Source of the DNA: Corallochytrium limacisporum Hawaii
Taxonomy: Eukaryota; Protista; Pluriformea
Length of the DNA: 64,000 bases
Direction of reading: 5' to 3'
NCBI GenBank assembly: GCA_002811645.1
Contig: PDIP01000113.1
Location: 40,938 to 104,937, forward strand
Part shown: piece after piece, positions 9,741 to 22,420 of the stretch
Layout of the letters: each line of letters starts with the position of its first letter
Numbering within the stretch: position 1 is the stretch's first letter
The notes under the pieces: model-generated
Database searches by the model: none
What the model saw: the letters and a program-made list of their open reading frames with translations, nothing else
Told to the model about the DNA's origin: nothing
Made by a program: the position numbers and the translations under genes

Positions 9741-12700
9741 TTTTTTGCTCTGGACGTGTGTGTTCTCTGTGTAGTGTTCTTTAACTCTCTACTCCGAAGC
9801 TAGCGTGGCTTCATTGCGGTTGAACAGTTGGTCTTATTTTCCAGTACGGGCATTCAATTATTTTCATGTATGTGTACTGATTCGATACCAATCTATACTT
9901 CTCATGTGCTGTTTAGTTGATACTATTTCATGCCAATGCTGTCAAGCCCGTCCGTCTACCTTCGGGGATCAAATCTACTTTGGGCGACGGTATTTTCGGT
10001 CCAAATTCATCGCAGGCCATGGCAGTTCCATGACATCAGGTCGAGTGTCCTCCTTGATCTACCCCTAGTATTTCGGCCAACAACATTGCAAACAACCGAA
10101 AAATCACCATCATGTACATGCACCGCCAAGTATTGTGTGGTGCACACACACGCACATTCTCTCTCGCTCATGCCTGGGTTCAAAATGGAGAACGCGAGGA
10201 ATCACGGGACGAAAGGGCGGGGGTGGCGAGGAGCTAATAGGCTGTCACGGCCGCGCACTACAGCAGACAGTGAGAGAGAGAGAGAGAGGGAGAGCGAGAA
10301 AGGCAGGCGGAAGAGTGGAGAGGAGAGGAGAAGGTGACACAGTGCAGAATGAACCGAGGCAACAGGGCCGAGGGGTCCCCTCAGCAGAAAAAAAAGACGA
10401 GAGAAAACTTTAAAAAAGAAAGGGAGCGACAAGAGGGAGACACAAAATTAAAAATAATGAGGGAGGAAGACCCAGAAATCGATTTCAGATCCCGATACAC
10501 CTAACGGAGTCTCCTCTCCCCCCCCCCTTTCCACCCCAACCCAGTCTGCTCTGCACCTGTTGACCTTTTATATTCCTTGAATCAGGCCAGGGGGAGACCA
10601 TGGCCTGCCTGCCCCAGCCTTCCCTCCTCTCCCCTCCTCCTCCTCCTCCTCTCCTGCCCCCCCCCCTCCCCTCCCTTCCCTTCGCTTCCCTTTCTCATTC
10701 CAAAGGTATTCTGGCTTGTCCTTCCCGTCTGCCATCCCTCTTAGTCCACAGATTTCTAAGCTTCTGTCAACCGGGAAGGGATGCAACAACAGGTTCAATA
10801 ATGAATGTAGCTACAAATTCTGTCGCAGATCGAAGAAAGGACGAGCGCACCGCACTGCCCGGGAAAAAGGCGGCCCCAGGACAGCGATATTCGTTGCCTG
10901 TGGTGCAGGGCGGGACAGGAGGCCTCCACTTTCTCAAACTTACTTGAAACTGAACCACTCTCGAGATGGTCCGCTACTATGACGGTGTGCACTCTCCGCG
11001 TCACTCACACACATCATGCGCATATTAAGCTCGCCCCACCGCCCCGATTCTATGCCCCCATCTGTGGGTTTCTGGATCCCGCGCACGTTGGGGCGACAGA
11101 CAGAGGAGAGAGGAAACAGCCCCTTCCTGCTTCATTTTCAAGTTTTGGCCTAACTAGTGTTCCGTGCGGGACGCAACCTTGGTATGGGCGCCCGGAGCTC
11201 TGAGTTGATTTGGAAGAAGTATGTTAAAAAAATGCAAGCAGCAACCACGCACACAAAACACGGACACAGACTTTCTAGTAGTTGTAGGTGCGTGTGCGTG
11301 CGTGCGCTGCCGTGCTGATGGCTCGTTGCAACGGCCAATTCCAATGCGAAAGCATTCCTAGAGGAGAGGAAGTCATTGGTAGCGAATTCGGAACAAGAAA
11401 ATGTTCGTACAGAAGAACATTCGACGACATAGCGAACAAAAGCAACGGGCGCTAACAACGACCCACAGCGAGTCGGGCACGGGGCCCGCAGCCTCCAGTG
11501 GCGGAGGGTTGTTCACGTTCTGGGCTGATTTGGCAACAGAGTTCGGATGTATGACCATTTAATTCACCAGCACCCAGCGGTCACAAACACGGGATTTGGC
11601 GTACGGGTGCAGTTCCCGCGGGGAACCGGAACACAGCATGTCCAGTCATGGTCACACGAACGCCGATGTACAGAGTCCACATACTGCACGTCAGTGGTAT
11701 TGGCTGAAAAAATTTGATTGGGTTCGGAAACATGTCGTGGTGTGTGATGCTGCCATAATCTTTCAGGAGACATACCGCCTGGTGTGTGTCTTCGGTGTAA
11801 GAGTACTGCTGCAATATGCACAACATGCCATTCCACGCGGTATAGCCGTCGGTCATCATCATTCATTCATTCATTCATTCATCCATCTCTCATCTCGTGA
11901 CTATTGGATTCACCAGTACCGCGACGCATTCATCAGTTGCGTCCCCATCTTCGAAAAAAATAAACCTACCCTTGGTGGTGGTGTTTGGTAGCTATCGCAC
12001 CTGTCTGAACGGCCCGGCAACAGTGGGGTCACAACGCCTGGAATGCGAGGCCGCCCGGGGGAGGGGGGTCAACCACTGGCGGCAAAGTATTAGGTATTTC
12101 GACAACGGCCGTGTCCCGCTCATACCTCCCCAACCTCCGCGTTTTCGTTCGCATTGCCTTTCTTAGTCTGGAGAAAGAAGGAAGGAGAAAGGGGGGGGGG
12201 AGGGGGGAAGTAGGCCGGGAGGGAGTCCTTACCCAAAAGAAAACCGCTGGCGGTATTCAGTACTGGCGGTGGGGACGATGAGGGCGCCAGGTACGGTATA
12301 CGTAAGAAATGAAGTGAGCCTGGAAGAGCGAGGCCCCCGGGGGGAAGGGTGGGGGTTTGGGACTTGGGGCCACATGCGGAGAGTTTCACAGGTCTCTCTC
12401 TTCTCTGGGATTGATTGTCCAGAGCGGGGAAAGTCCGTCGAAGGGAGGCATTTCTCCGATGGACAGGGCCACGGGTCTGAGTAAATTAGTCACATTTACT
12501 ATAGAAACAGTGAAGAAACACGAAACGGAGTCAGGACATTTGAGGAAAACCATACCTGAACCACGGGTCGCACTCTGGTGGGCCGTAGGGTGCGAGGGTG
12601 AGGAACTCGGTTTTCCAAGCACACACAACTGCAGCAGCAGAAAACTTGGCCAAAAAGAATGCTGTGAAAGCAGCAACTCCCGCGGGCCCACCACCGTAGG

Positions 12701-12948
12701 TGGTCAACCGCAAGACATGCTTGGCTATCGAAGGGGGGGGAGAGAGAGAGAGAGGGGGGGCTAGGGTTAGGTGGTTGCCCTTTGGCGAGGATCACTCGAG
12801 GGGTGTGGCAGAGGGAGCCGTTAATTTTTGAGCGGGGTAGAGTGTATGTGCCGGCGGGTGTTTCATTGGTGGAGTACGTCTTTCGCTACGAACTTGGGCC
12901 CAATTCAATAAGCGTTGTGCCGGGCCAAGAACAAGAAAATTCTCACCA

Positions 12949-12951
<3 letters not shown>

Positions 12952-12985
<34 letters not shown>

Positions 12986-13038
12986 TCTCTTTCTCTCTCG
13001 CTGTGTCCTCTCCGCGCTTCTCGCAATTGTCCTCTCTC

Positions 13039-13129
<91 letters not shown>
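12952..13129. repeat. Compound microsatellite: (CT)n followed by ~22 copies of (TCTG)
   Basis: Directly visible; the TCTG array spans about 13039-13129. Confidence 0.95.
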
Positions 13130-13571
13130 CGCTCCCACACACTCGCACGCACTCAAGTCTCTTTCGTGCTCTCGTCCGGCTGTCCCCGTCTCCCCTCTCT
13201 CTCCCGGTGGTCTCCTGTGCTGACACCCCCCCCGCCCCGGGGCCTTTTCTCGATATTTTCACAGGGCCGCCAGGCCTTGCGGCATGCCCGCAAATGTACG
13301 GGTCAGTCGTTCAGGGCCAGACTTAAGAAGAAAAGGGCAAAAAAAAAAAGGCCGCGAGAAGAAGGAGGCTGGAAACGGGCACTCATGGCCCGGGGCCTAA
13401 TTTTGCAATGGTTAGGTACTATTTCTTTATCTGGCCCTCTTGACGGAGCCCGCTCAAGCCACCGGGGCGCACTCAAGTCATTTCGCCGGCGCGGAGAACG
13501 AGTGTCGATGGCAGTGGTAAGGGTTGATCTATGTCTCTTGTTCGTACTGGGACGTGTATCATTCGCCATGG

Positions 13572-14201
13572 TTACCCGGGAACGTCGATGCCATGCTCCT
13601 GAAGCCAATGCAGAATCTGTGTAGGCATCAAGTCTCGGTTAGTGTTGGGCTGCAGGTGCCAAAGTTCCGTCTCCGGACGCAGCTTGAGGCGGTTGATGAA
13701 GGGCGTTCCACGTTTAGCGATGGTTGCAACCACCAGAATATTTCTGTCTGGGGAGGCAGCACTGTCAAGGACTGAGATCAGACGAGTACAGAAAGTTGGT
13801 GACAGGCACTCCATCTTTCCAATCTCATCAATCAAGTACAGAGTGGCCTTGGTGGGCTCAGGCAAATAGTGGTCTAAGGATGTGTCAATGGCAGAAACAT
13901 TCACAAAGTATTTGCCAACCCGGGGCATATCCGATGTTCCTGTTATAGAAGCCAGTTCAGCTTGTCTACTGCTACTGTTCGTTCCGTGGTGCAAGTCCAC
14001 GAGTTTGAATCCGGTTCTTGAGCCCGTTCCATCCGATCTCGACCGCACCTCCAAGGTCAGGAACCCGGCAATGTGTGTAGTATCAGACCGTTGTTTCCCA
14101 CCAGTTGCAAGTAATAGACGCTTTGCTACGGTGTGAAGGGCTGTCGTCTTACCTGCTCCCGGTTCTCCGGTTAACAAGAGTACCCGTGATGCCGGTGACA
14201 T
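13572..14201 (-). CDS. NTPCR: Cancer-related nucleoside triphosphatase (NTPCR/THEP1, NTPase_1 family)
   Basis: 209 aa with Walker A LTGEPGAGKTT, GFLTLEVR, RTGF, PRVGKY, IDEIGKMECLS and TNRD. Confidence 0.92.
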   Translation of the reverse strand: MSPASRVLLLTGEPGAGKTTALHTVAKRLLLATGGKQRSDTTHIAGFLTLEVRSRSDGTGSRTGFKLVDLHHGTNSSSRQAELASITGTSDMPRVGKYFVNVSAIDTSLDHYLPEPTKATLYLIDEIGKMECLSPTFCTRLISVLDSAASPDRNILVVATIAKRGTPFINRLKLRPETELWHLQPNTNRDLMPTQILHWLQEHGIDVPG

Positions 14202-14488
14202 TTAGAATACTGAGCTATGGTATCGGTGTCATTGTCTTTGGGATACAATTTCTCTGCACGTCGAGATCTCTGTAAACAGTGTCATACCGTGCTCCATATA
14301 CCATTGTCAGAGCTGATCTAGCTGTCTATTTATTTGTATGACAGGTCATTAGACCCGTGCCCGTCACATGGTTACGCATTTGATGAGGTCAAATTCCAGC
14401 CATGGCTGAACCCTCTTGTCATCCCTACAGGGTCAATGTGGCATACGGCAAAAGGGGACGAAAAAAAAAAGAAAAAAAAAGAAAGAGC

Positions 14489-14500
14489 AAAAAAAAAAAA
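14489..14500 (-). terminator. Pol III oligo-dT terminator of the tRNA-Leu gene
   Basis: T12 run on the minus strand, 15 nt after the discriminator base. Confidence 0.8.
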
Positions 14501-14515
14501 CCGAAGGTTTGCATA

Positions 14516-14630
14516 TGGTAAGAGTGGGAGATTCGACCAACCCTATCAAAACGGCTCGGTATTCGAACCCACGCCTCCGAAGAGATGTGGACTTGAGCCA
14601 CACGCCTTAGACCAACTCGGCCATCTTACC
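14516..14630 (-). tRNA. tRNA-Leu-CAA: tRNA-Leu(CAA) with a 32-nt non-canonical T-loop intron (59/60); exons 14630-14562 and 14529-14516
   Basis: Minus strand reads GGTAAGA TG GCC GAGTTGGTCTAA GGC G TGTGG CTCAAGT CCACA TCTCTTCGGAGGC GTGGG TTCGAA[32 nt]T CCCAC TCTTACC A. The acceptor, anticodon and T stems pair perfectly, with a long variable arm and discriminator A. Removing the insert leaves 83 nt. The anticodon is at 14595-14593. Confidence 0.95.
14530..14561 (-). other. tRNA intron with a strict bulge-helix-bulge motif
   Basis: Intron TACCGAGCCGTTTTGATAGGGTTGGTCGAATC. The precursor folds as GTGGG/CCCAC stem, TCT bulge, TTCG/CGAA 4-bp helix, AAT bulge, ACCGA/TTGGT stem. Confidence 0.9.
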
Positions 14631-14837
14631 AGGCGAAATACATTACAACATACTCACACAGTACGCATTTCGGTATAGTAGTATAACTGGGGAAAATTAA
14701 TATATATAGTGCTGAATATGCGAAACTTTGATTAGGGAAATATTCCGGGGGCGGTTGGCACGGCCCAATTGGCAAAGTGCTGCCAGAGGGGGGTGGCAGG
14801 TTGTACGCGCAGGTTGTACGCACCCGGAATGTGGGCC

Positions 14838-15366
14838 ATGAAGGGCGGCAAGTTAAGTGATATGTCCCACTTCAGACTGCATTCTCCCAAAGTACAGACG
14901 AAGGGAGCACCACGTCGAAGCCCTAATCCAGAGTTGGTTAGGACCGCAAGTGGCGATGGCAATGGCCGCGGGCGGTCAATCTCGCCCACCCGCAGAACAT
15001 TTCCTGAGCCGTCCGGCCGGCAGGTACACGCCACATGTCCAACACAGTCCCGCGCGGCAGGCAGCATTGCACAAAAAGCAATCATAGCGCCTCGGGCAGG
15101 CCATGCAGAAGTTTTCGAGGAAGGATGATGTTCTCCTGGCCACCGTCACCGGAACAAAATCCCCGCCACTGATAAGAACCCATGGCAGATTCCGCGAGCA
15201 GGTAGTTCGGCAAGGTCACAGCTTAGATCAGCACGACCAAAGTGCACTGATGGACATGGTTTCGAAGATTGGGGGGACTTGCATGCTGCAGACAAGCTCC
15301 AAGGCGGAGCGTGAGCGCCAGCAACGCATCATGGAGAGGCTCAAGCGAAGACCGCCCTGGAAGTGA
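14838..15366 (+). CDS. Possible small hypothetical protein ending ...ERLKRRPPWK; two overlapping ORFs joinable by a putative GT-AG intron at 15024-15087
   Basis: ORF MKGGKLSDMSHF... (from 14838) and ORF 15103-15366 are in different frames. A phase-0 intron cag|gtacac...atcatag| restores the frame. No recognisable domain. Confidence 0.35.
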
Positions 15367-16053
15367 CGAGGAAGGCGCTGGTGTCTTGACACATCGGATC
15401 ATGTAGTAAAAGCACAAACATCGTGGCAATCTTATTGATATGATAGTCTTCTGTCGCTTCTGTCCTTTCGGTTTGATTTCGTAATGTGCTTTGTCTTGAT
15501 TTGACTCTGACGTGTAGGTACCGCCGCCTTCCCGTGCCCCTTGCCCCAAAGCCGGACCCCCGGGCCTCCGACGGGCCCCGGAGAAGGGAAGGACTGGCTT
15601 TTTTCACCCAGGCCCCCCCCCCGGGGGGGGGGGCCGGAAAATGGGCCCCAAAACCCACCCGCCGTGGGAGGGAGAGAGGCTTCCATAGTAGCACACAACC
15701 CACCCGCCAGGATTTTCCCTTTGAGTAGCTCGTCACCTGGGTTAGTATGAGTATCTTCAGGGGCAGGGGCGGGTGATCGGTGGTTGTTGTTGTCGGTGTG
15801 GGTGCTCGCTGTTGTCGTGGATGATGGTGTTGAGGACGAGTAGGAAGCGAGATATGGTACTCGTGAATGAAAATATGAAGATCCTAGATCGGTTGCACTA
15901 GCCAATGTTAGCAGAAGTATCGGATGAGGAAGAACGCAAGGGACCGGACGCGACATTCGGCAGCAACCGAGGAGTAAACAATACCCAGAAGCACAAGACA
16001 CAGCTTCAGCCAATTGCGATAGACAGGACGCGGAAAGAGAAGGAGAAACTAAG

Positions 16054-16863
16054 ATGTCGTCCTGGACAGACCGTCTGCGGCGGTTCGCAGCACCGTATTA
16101 TGCTGCCAATCTAAGCCTTATCCTCGCATGGCCCGCAGTTCGATACGGTGAGTACACCCAACATCTGTGGCCTGAAGCATGGTCCATGGAGACCAAGGAG
16201 CGTGAGATCATGATGCTTGCCGCTATCGTCACAGCGTTCCGCACGCAGCGGGACATTTCTACAGAGGCACAGCTGGCCACCATTTTTACGTTTTCCAAGC
16301 TCGCTATTGCGGTGATGTGTGCTGCGCACAACATGATCTACGCCGCAATCTGGCTCGTAGCAGCAGCGATTGTCCATTTCGCCTTCCCGCAGCCTATGTA
16401 CAAGGGACCAGAGAACGTCAAAATGCTCAGTCCTCAGGAAATGGAACGTGTCTTGGGCAATAAAAACGAGACATGGATCATCGAATTTTTCACGACATGG
16501 CACCCGAAGTGCATCGCGTTTGCTCCGGTGTGGGCGAAACTCAGTGAGCAATACGGTAGTCGGAAGCTGAAATTTGGCAAGGTTGATGTCGGACGGTATC
16601 GCATTGCTGCGCAAAAGATGCGCATCAATGACGAAGCGACGACCAAACAGATACCAACTGTGGCCATCTTCCATAGGGGCGTTGTATTCCGCCAGCTGCC
16701 GGAATTACCCAAGGTTGGATCTGCTCAACAGGACATCACAGCCATGAAGTTCTCCGAAGAGCTGGTTAGGGACCAATTTGAATTGCAAGAAGTCAGCAAG
16801 AAAGGGCCCGCCGCATCGCTGTTCAAGGGTGAAGCAAGAGGGGCCGGAAAGGAGAAGAAGTGA
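16054..16863 (+). CDS. TMX2: Thioredoxin-related transmembrane protein 2-like
   Basis: 269 aa with N-terminal hydrophobic segments, QPMYKGPE, a thioredoxin fold with a single Cys (WIIEFFTTWHPKC), LKFGKVDVGRY, KQIPT, and C-terminal KEKK (di-lysine ER motif). Confidence 0.88.
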   Translation: MSSWTDRLRRFAAPYYAANLSLILAWPAVRYGEYTQHLWPEAWSMETKEREIMMLAAIVTAFRTQRDISTEAQLATIFTFSKLAIAVMCAAHNMIYAAIWLVAAAIVHFAFPQPMYKGPENVKMLSPQEMERVLGNKNETWIIEFFTTWHPKCIAFAPVWAKLSEQYGSRKLKFGKVDVGRYRIAAQKMRINDEATTKQIPTVAIFHRGVVFRQLPELPKVGSAQQDITAMKFSEELVRDQFELQEVSKKGPAASLFKGEARGAGKEKK

Positions 16864-17952
16864 AACAAGTCATTGTGCTCAACAGGGATATGGTAGTTAG
16901 TTCATCGGAACGGAAGCAGATGGGTCCATCAAGGAAGCCAGAATTAAAAAACCTAGACGAAGATAATAAAAGAATTATAGCCACCAGAAGTCATCACCAT
17001 CAATAGTTGTAACTGAGCGCTTGTCTGCGCTACCGGCACACCTGCCCGCCCCCACCAGCAGGTCCCCCGGCACCCCAGCCCCGCGCTCTCCAGACACAGA
17101 AACCTTCAGCTCGGTCCAAAGAAGGGCGGGCCATCCCCGCAGTTTACTCACTAACTCGGGACAGCACGGCGGGTTGCATCCACCATCGATGAGCAGGGAG
17201 ATTGGCTGCTGGGGCTTTTGAAGCTGCCCCGATGAGGTCAGTGACGGGCGGTAACCAGCAGATGCGGACATTGAGTATGCGGGTAAAGGAACAGTGATTT
17301 TTGGTAACTCGCTTCTTGTCACGCAGCGCTCGCAGTGTCCGACCAAGAGAGTTCACCGACCTCGCCATAGTACTCGAGACTCTCAATGAAGACGGAGAGA
17401 ACTACGAACAGCAGTGGATCCTCCCGTTGCTGCTTCCCAGCTGGTGATACAAAGCTTCAACTGGGATGTCGGGTGGAAAAGCGCAAACGGAAACGAGTTG
17501 CAAAGTACGGGTCCTAATACTCACACCAATTTGTGGTTTGGGGGTAGACCACAATGAAGAGTGAAACAACACGCCCACCAGGGACAGTTGAAAGTTCAAC
17601 TGTAACTGGCTGGTATGAATAGCGTGACTTATGGACTTGTTGGTGTCATTGTGAGCCATTGATAAACAAGCGAACAGCGTCACGGGAAGTCGGCACCTCA
17701 ACGTTGCGCTTGGATACAATCATGGAGTTGGGAAGAGAAGAGAAAGAATCCTAACAATATACTGGTACACCCACAGCCAGCTGAGAATTGTGAAAACGTT
17801 TGAGAACACGTTACCATGTATTCGGATTGCGCACGGTATGGTCGTGTTCTGGTGATGCTTTCGTCATTTCCCCCGCCAACTCCCCAATCCCCATCGGCCC
17901 ACCCCCCCCCCGGGGGGGGGGGGTTGGGCAAGGGCAGGGGCATCTCCCTTTC

Positions 17953-18081
17953 NNNNNNNNNNNNNNNNNNNNNNNNNNNNNNNNNNNNNNNNNNNNNNNN
18001 NNNNNNNNNNNNNNNNNNNNNNNNNNNNNNNNNNNNNNNNNNNNNNNNNNNNNNNNNNNNNNNNNNNNNNNNNNNNNNNNN
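17953..18081. other. Assembly gap with near-identical ~80-bp sequences on both sides
   Basis: N-run; 17870-17952 is nearly the same as 18082-18166. Confidence 0.95.
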
Positions 18082-21000
18082 NCCCCCGCCAACCCCCCAA
18101 TCCCCATCGGCCCCCCCCCCCCCCGGGGGGGGGGTGTTGGGCAAGGGCAGGGACATCTCCCTTTCGCTTCATCGCGCATCTTCGTTTGGTCAGCCACAGC
18201 TGGGATCGGCCCCAGCCTTAGCCCCGACCCGGAGGAAACACACACGAAGGAAGACATTATCTGGTGAGAGCGGGCTATCAACATTTTGTCAGTCCCTATG
18301 GATAACACACACTTCATACTAACGACGCCGCAGAAAAGGACAACCAAAATCTTGAATTGCGGTCTGCTAGGGTAGTGACAAGGTGTGCCGACAACCTAGT
18401 ACCTGGTCGACCGCATCGTTTTGTTGACCGTACTTGTCCGTTTCTTGTGAAGGGTTTGATGGGGTTTCACGACCACCAATACGCCTCCATGACGGAAATC
18501 AAACTTAAGGTTTGGGAATTTGAAATGGCCCGTACTTATCAATGTCACATTCTAAGGGGAATTTACAAACTCCGTACATTGTTCAGCATGCGCAACATAT
18601 CGTAGTCTACCGTCTGACGAGCGACTTCTCTAACCCATCAGACATTGTGTTGTCGCGTGTGTGGCAGCACTCAGGACTTTGACACCTGGGGATATATAGG
18701 GAGTTTGGTGTGGAAGAATGTCCCAGAACTCTCTTGATCCCAACGGTATCGGCACGCCAAGCGCACCCTCTGATTGGAGGTGACTGTTGGTGGCAAGGGA
18801 CAGAATTTTCCCGGGATGGGATGTAGTATTCTCGATCTGGACCTCCCCTGAGTCCCCTGCAGAACTTGGACCACTCAATGAAGTTGATTCTGAAATTGAC
18901 CCCATTCGCCACCTCCTGAACTGCAAAACTATTCCCCATGGCGAGCATGGTGTTCGTACTGTCATGGGCAGTGAAATCCCCGCATTCTCCATGTTGGAAG
19001 ACTGCATGAAACTGAAACTGAAGTACCAACGAAAAGATCTATCCCTTGGCAGCTAGTCCAAGATAAACGAGAAAAGCATGGTCCCCTCAAAAGAGGAGAG
19101 GATTGAAAGCAACCGCTCGACTACAGCTGGTACCGCACGACTGGGGCTGTATCAATCAAAACGATCGTAAGTCGGTGACCTGGGTACGTCATGTTCCCTC
19201 CCTTGAATAAATAGATGCGATAGTCTACTAAAGCCAGCGTATGCCGCAGGTAACATGACGTGTACTACAAGATACGCATGTACCTCAGCGCTTGTCTGTG
19301 TTTTGCTGCAGAAAAGGACACAATAGCCCCAGTCTGTGTGATATCTCTCCCTGGGCTTTTCGATGCGATGGGATGCGTGTGCCCGCATTGAAGAGTTTGC
19401 GGTCCAACAGTTTTCCGGGCAGGAAAAACGGACTACGTATTCCATTACATGTGTAATACGAAAGTGGTAGTATGATACAGGAGATTGGATGTCCCACCCG
19501 AACTCTCCACCCTGCTTGAAGTCTTCAAAATAGACGGTCCATAGACGACGAACTCGACCACTAGGTCCTCGGGAACTCGAGCTCGAACCTACGTAGCAGG
19601 GGTGGAGAGCCGCATGTCCTAACGCGTTGGGTTCGGGCGAACAACGTTCCGCAGCTCTTTCTGCGGCGCTCGCAATGTGACTGTGATAGCCGGTCTCGGT
19701 AAAAAGAGGGAAGTGCGAGCCTCCACAGTGTTGGATGTGGTATGCTCGTGAGCCCCCTTTCTGGTCACTTTCATAGCATCCACAGAGCCAATAAGGCTTT
19801 TGATTCTCAAGCAAGCTTTAGCGTAACGTATGTGAAACAAACAGGACTGAACAGGTGATGACTGTAGAGGAGGGTGGCTACTTACTGTAATCGGGGGGAA
19901 GCGTGGCTAACTGCGGATGGTATGGGGAGGGTGAGGCTCCTTTCGCGTGGCAATGAAGCATCCCCCCCGGTCCCCGGGGAGGGGCACAACAAATCCAACG
20001 ACCACCAAGGGAACTATTAATTTTTATTCGATTACCCGCAACACTGAGAAAGTAAGAAGGTACAAGTCCCACATGGATATGGTGCATTTATCGTACAATA
20101 GCATACTACCGGTGGTACCATCATGCAATGAAGATACCTGCGCACACGCAGCAGGTACACCCAACCGGACAACAAAGACCCACTCTCCTTGGGGATGAAG
20201 CGGTGCTGATTCCCCTTTTGTCGTCACCAATCTCATCTTCCTCATCAAAACACAATCCAATCTGCCCCCTCCCCCACCCCACCTTCTTCTCTTTCCTCCC
20301 CCCTTTCGCAGGAGCGCCGGGGAAACCCTGCCAGCGGAACCAAGGACCGCTGTCAACTTATTGCCAAAACACCCATCGGGGACATTCCCTTACACCTATA
20401 AAAACCTGAGTGAATGGGGATGCATTTTCTCTGAGGTTGTGGCTGTTATGGGACGAGACGCGTGCGTTCGGCAGGTAGGATGAGGACACGGGGCATATGC
20501 TTCGTTGACGACAATCTTCACAGACTCTCTGAAGAATTTCTTGCATGATGTTCCTCCCCATTTTGCTGTTCGGGCCTATGGTCAAGGTGGTGCCCAAGGC
20601 GATGGGGAAGTATAGATGAGTCCGTTTGGCTAGCAAGATTTGTTTAACGCGTGCTCTCGGAACTGAAGCGTTCCCCAAATCCACGTCTTAGAAAGGCGCG
20701 TACCAGTCGGTACCCCCAATGTGCGGATCCCCGGTTTTAAGGAATCCCTGTCCCTCCCGGTGTTCAAGGAACTAAATGGAAACACACTTAACTTATTGCA
20801 AGGCACGTACGAATATCCCCAAGACCCAAAAGTGTATGGTATCAAAGGTATAAGATGCTACGATTCCCCACTGGATTTAAGGAATCGTTCCGCTCCGAAA
20901 CAGCTGGTAAACTCCTCGGTTGAGTTCTGAACCACACGACGGATGGTAGTATAAGCTTGGGGAATTATGGGTAGGTATCGAAAGTGATTGTTTTGCCCCG

Positions 21001-22420
21001 TTTCAAGCGACTCCAGGCGTTCCCTTGACCAGCAATGAAATATCCATCAGCTACCGATCACAAGTCCTGCAATAGAGAACGGAACTGAAAGATCTGTTTC
21101 CAATACAGTATTGTGATCAATGCGTTACCATCTTTCTCAGGGATTACGATGCCGTTGCCAACCCCGCACATGGCGTCCAAATCTGGCTGCTGTTACAACA
21201 CAGTATGGACGGTTTTTTTGTCCCGCAAAACGAAATCCCCCGTAGAAGAAATTGCAAGTCGGCAAGAAAGTGAAACTGACCTGACAATGATCGACCATTC
21301 AATACAAAAAGTGTGATGATCTGGGTACCGTGACAGCGATAACGGAGAAGGGTATGACAACGGGGAAGAAAATCGGGCGCCACCGGGCCCCCGGGGAGTG
21401 GGGGGGGTGGACGGCGGTTCGGGAAAGCTGGCTGAGAGGGGAAAAATTAGACAAGGGACACCCCCCGCTGAATTTTCGTGTGCCACCCCTTCCGGCAGAT
21501 AAAGGGGGATGTTAGCCTCCCCCTCACGCGAACGCACCTCGCACGCGTGAATGGGTACGTCATACACCCCTCCCTGTCGTCAAATGTTTGTGCCCCGGTG
21601 TTTCAGTATCGGCAGGGAACGACGTAGCTGGTGTTCAGTGAGCTTCGGGAGAAGGCGAATAGACACAAGTGGACACATGCACCCTTATGTAGTTGATGAG
21701 GACATTGTATTCTGGTCGTAGTCCAATTGCCTGGCTTTGATGGGACACCTGCACAATTTGGTCTAGAGGACAGTCGTCACCCAGTTCCCCTTCGAGTGAG
21801 ATTGGGCCAGACTGTATTTTTGATTCTGTGTGACATGGTCCGAGTGTTACGCATGACAGTGAGTGCCTTCCCAATCTCCTCGTGGATGGGCACTGCACCT
21901 ACTATCGCTTGACTCTGCGAAGACCGTTCGCGTACCGCCTGACAAGTGCCTGCAAGCTAAATCCCACGGCCGAGTTTGTGAAGGGTTCCTGGGGGAGACG
22001 GGGGAAAGGAAGGGAACCGGGGGGCACTGCACCAGTGGTCATCGGGGTGATCAGGGGAGTACCGGCTCCCAAATTCCCTGATGATAAGTTATTTTGTATA
22101 TCTGTATCCGTACACCATGACATATCCTGATACCAGGAGGAATTATAAACGTAATTAAGGGACTCGAACAACCTTGTTAGTTTCTGCCATCAGCTAATTT
22201 TCAACGGCTGATCACCCGGGTGTGTGAAAGAATCGGAGTGTTCATACGCTGTACTTGTTCATACTACGCTCAAGGTCACAGTTAGTGCAGCCGTTACCCA
22301 CAGACAGGAAGGCTACTGTACTATCTGCCTCATCCTAATCGCCCAATATTTTGCGACACATCAATGTAACCACAGCAAACAATGCCCATGGGCAGTGCCA
22401 AACTTTCATTTAGGCTGACT

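Noticed and set aside
12782-13624. ORFs of 280 aa and 156 aa with SVCL/QTDR repeats
   Set aside because: These are translations of (CT)n and (TCTG)n microsatellites.
15432-16013. 193-aa minus-strand ORF
   Set aside because: Non-ATG start, low complexity, and it spans a C/G palindrome in the TMX2 upstream region.
17870-18166. Direct repeat flanking the N-gap, possibly an LTR or TSD
   Set aside because: Near-identical contig ends on both sides of a gap are most simply an unmerged assembly overlap.
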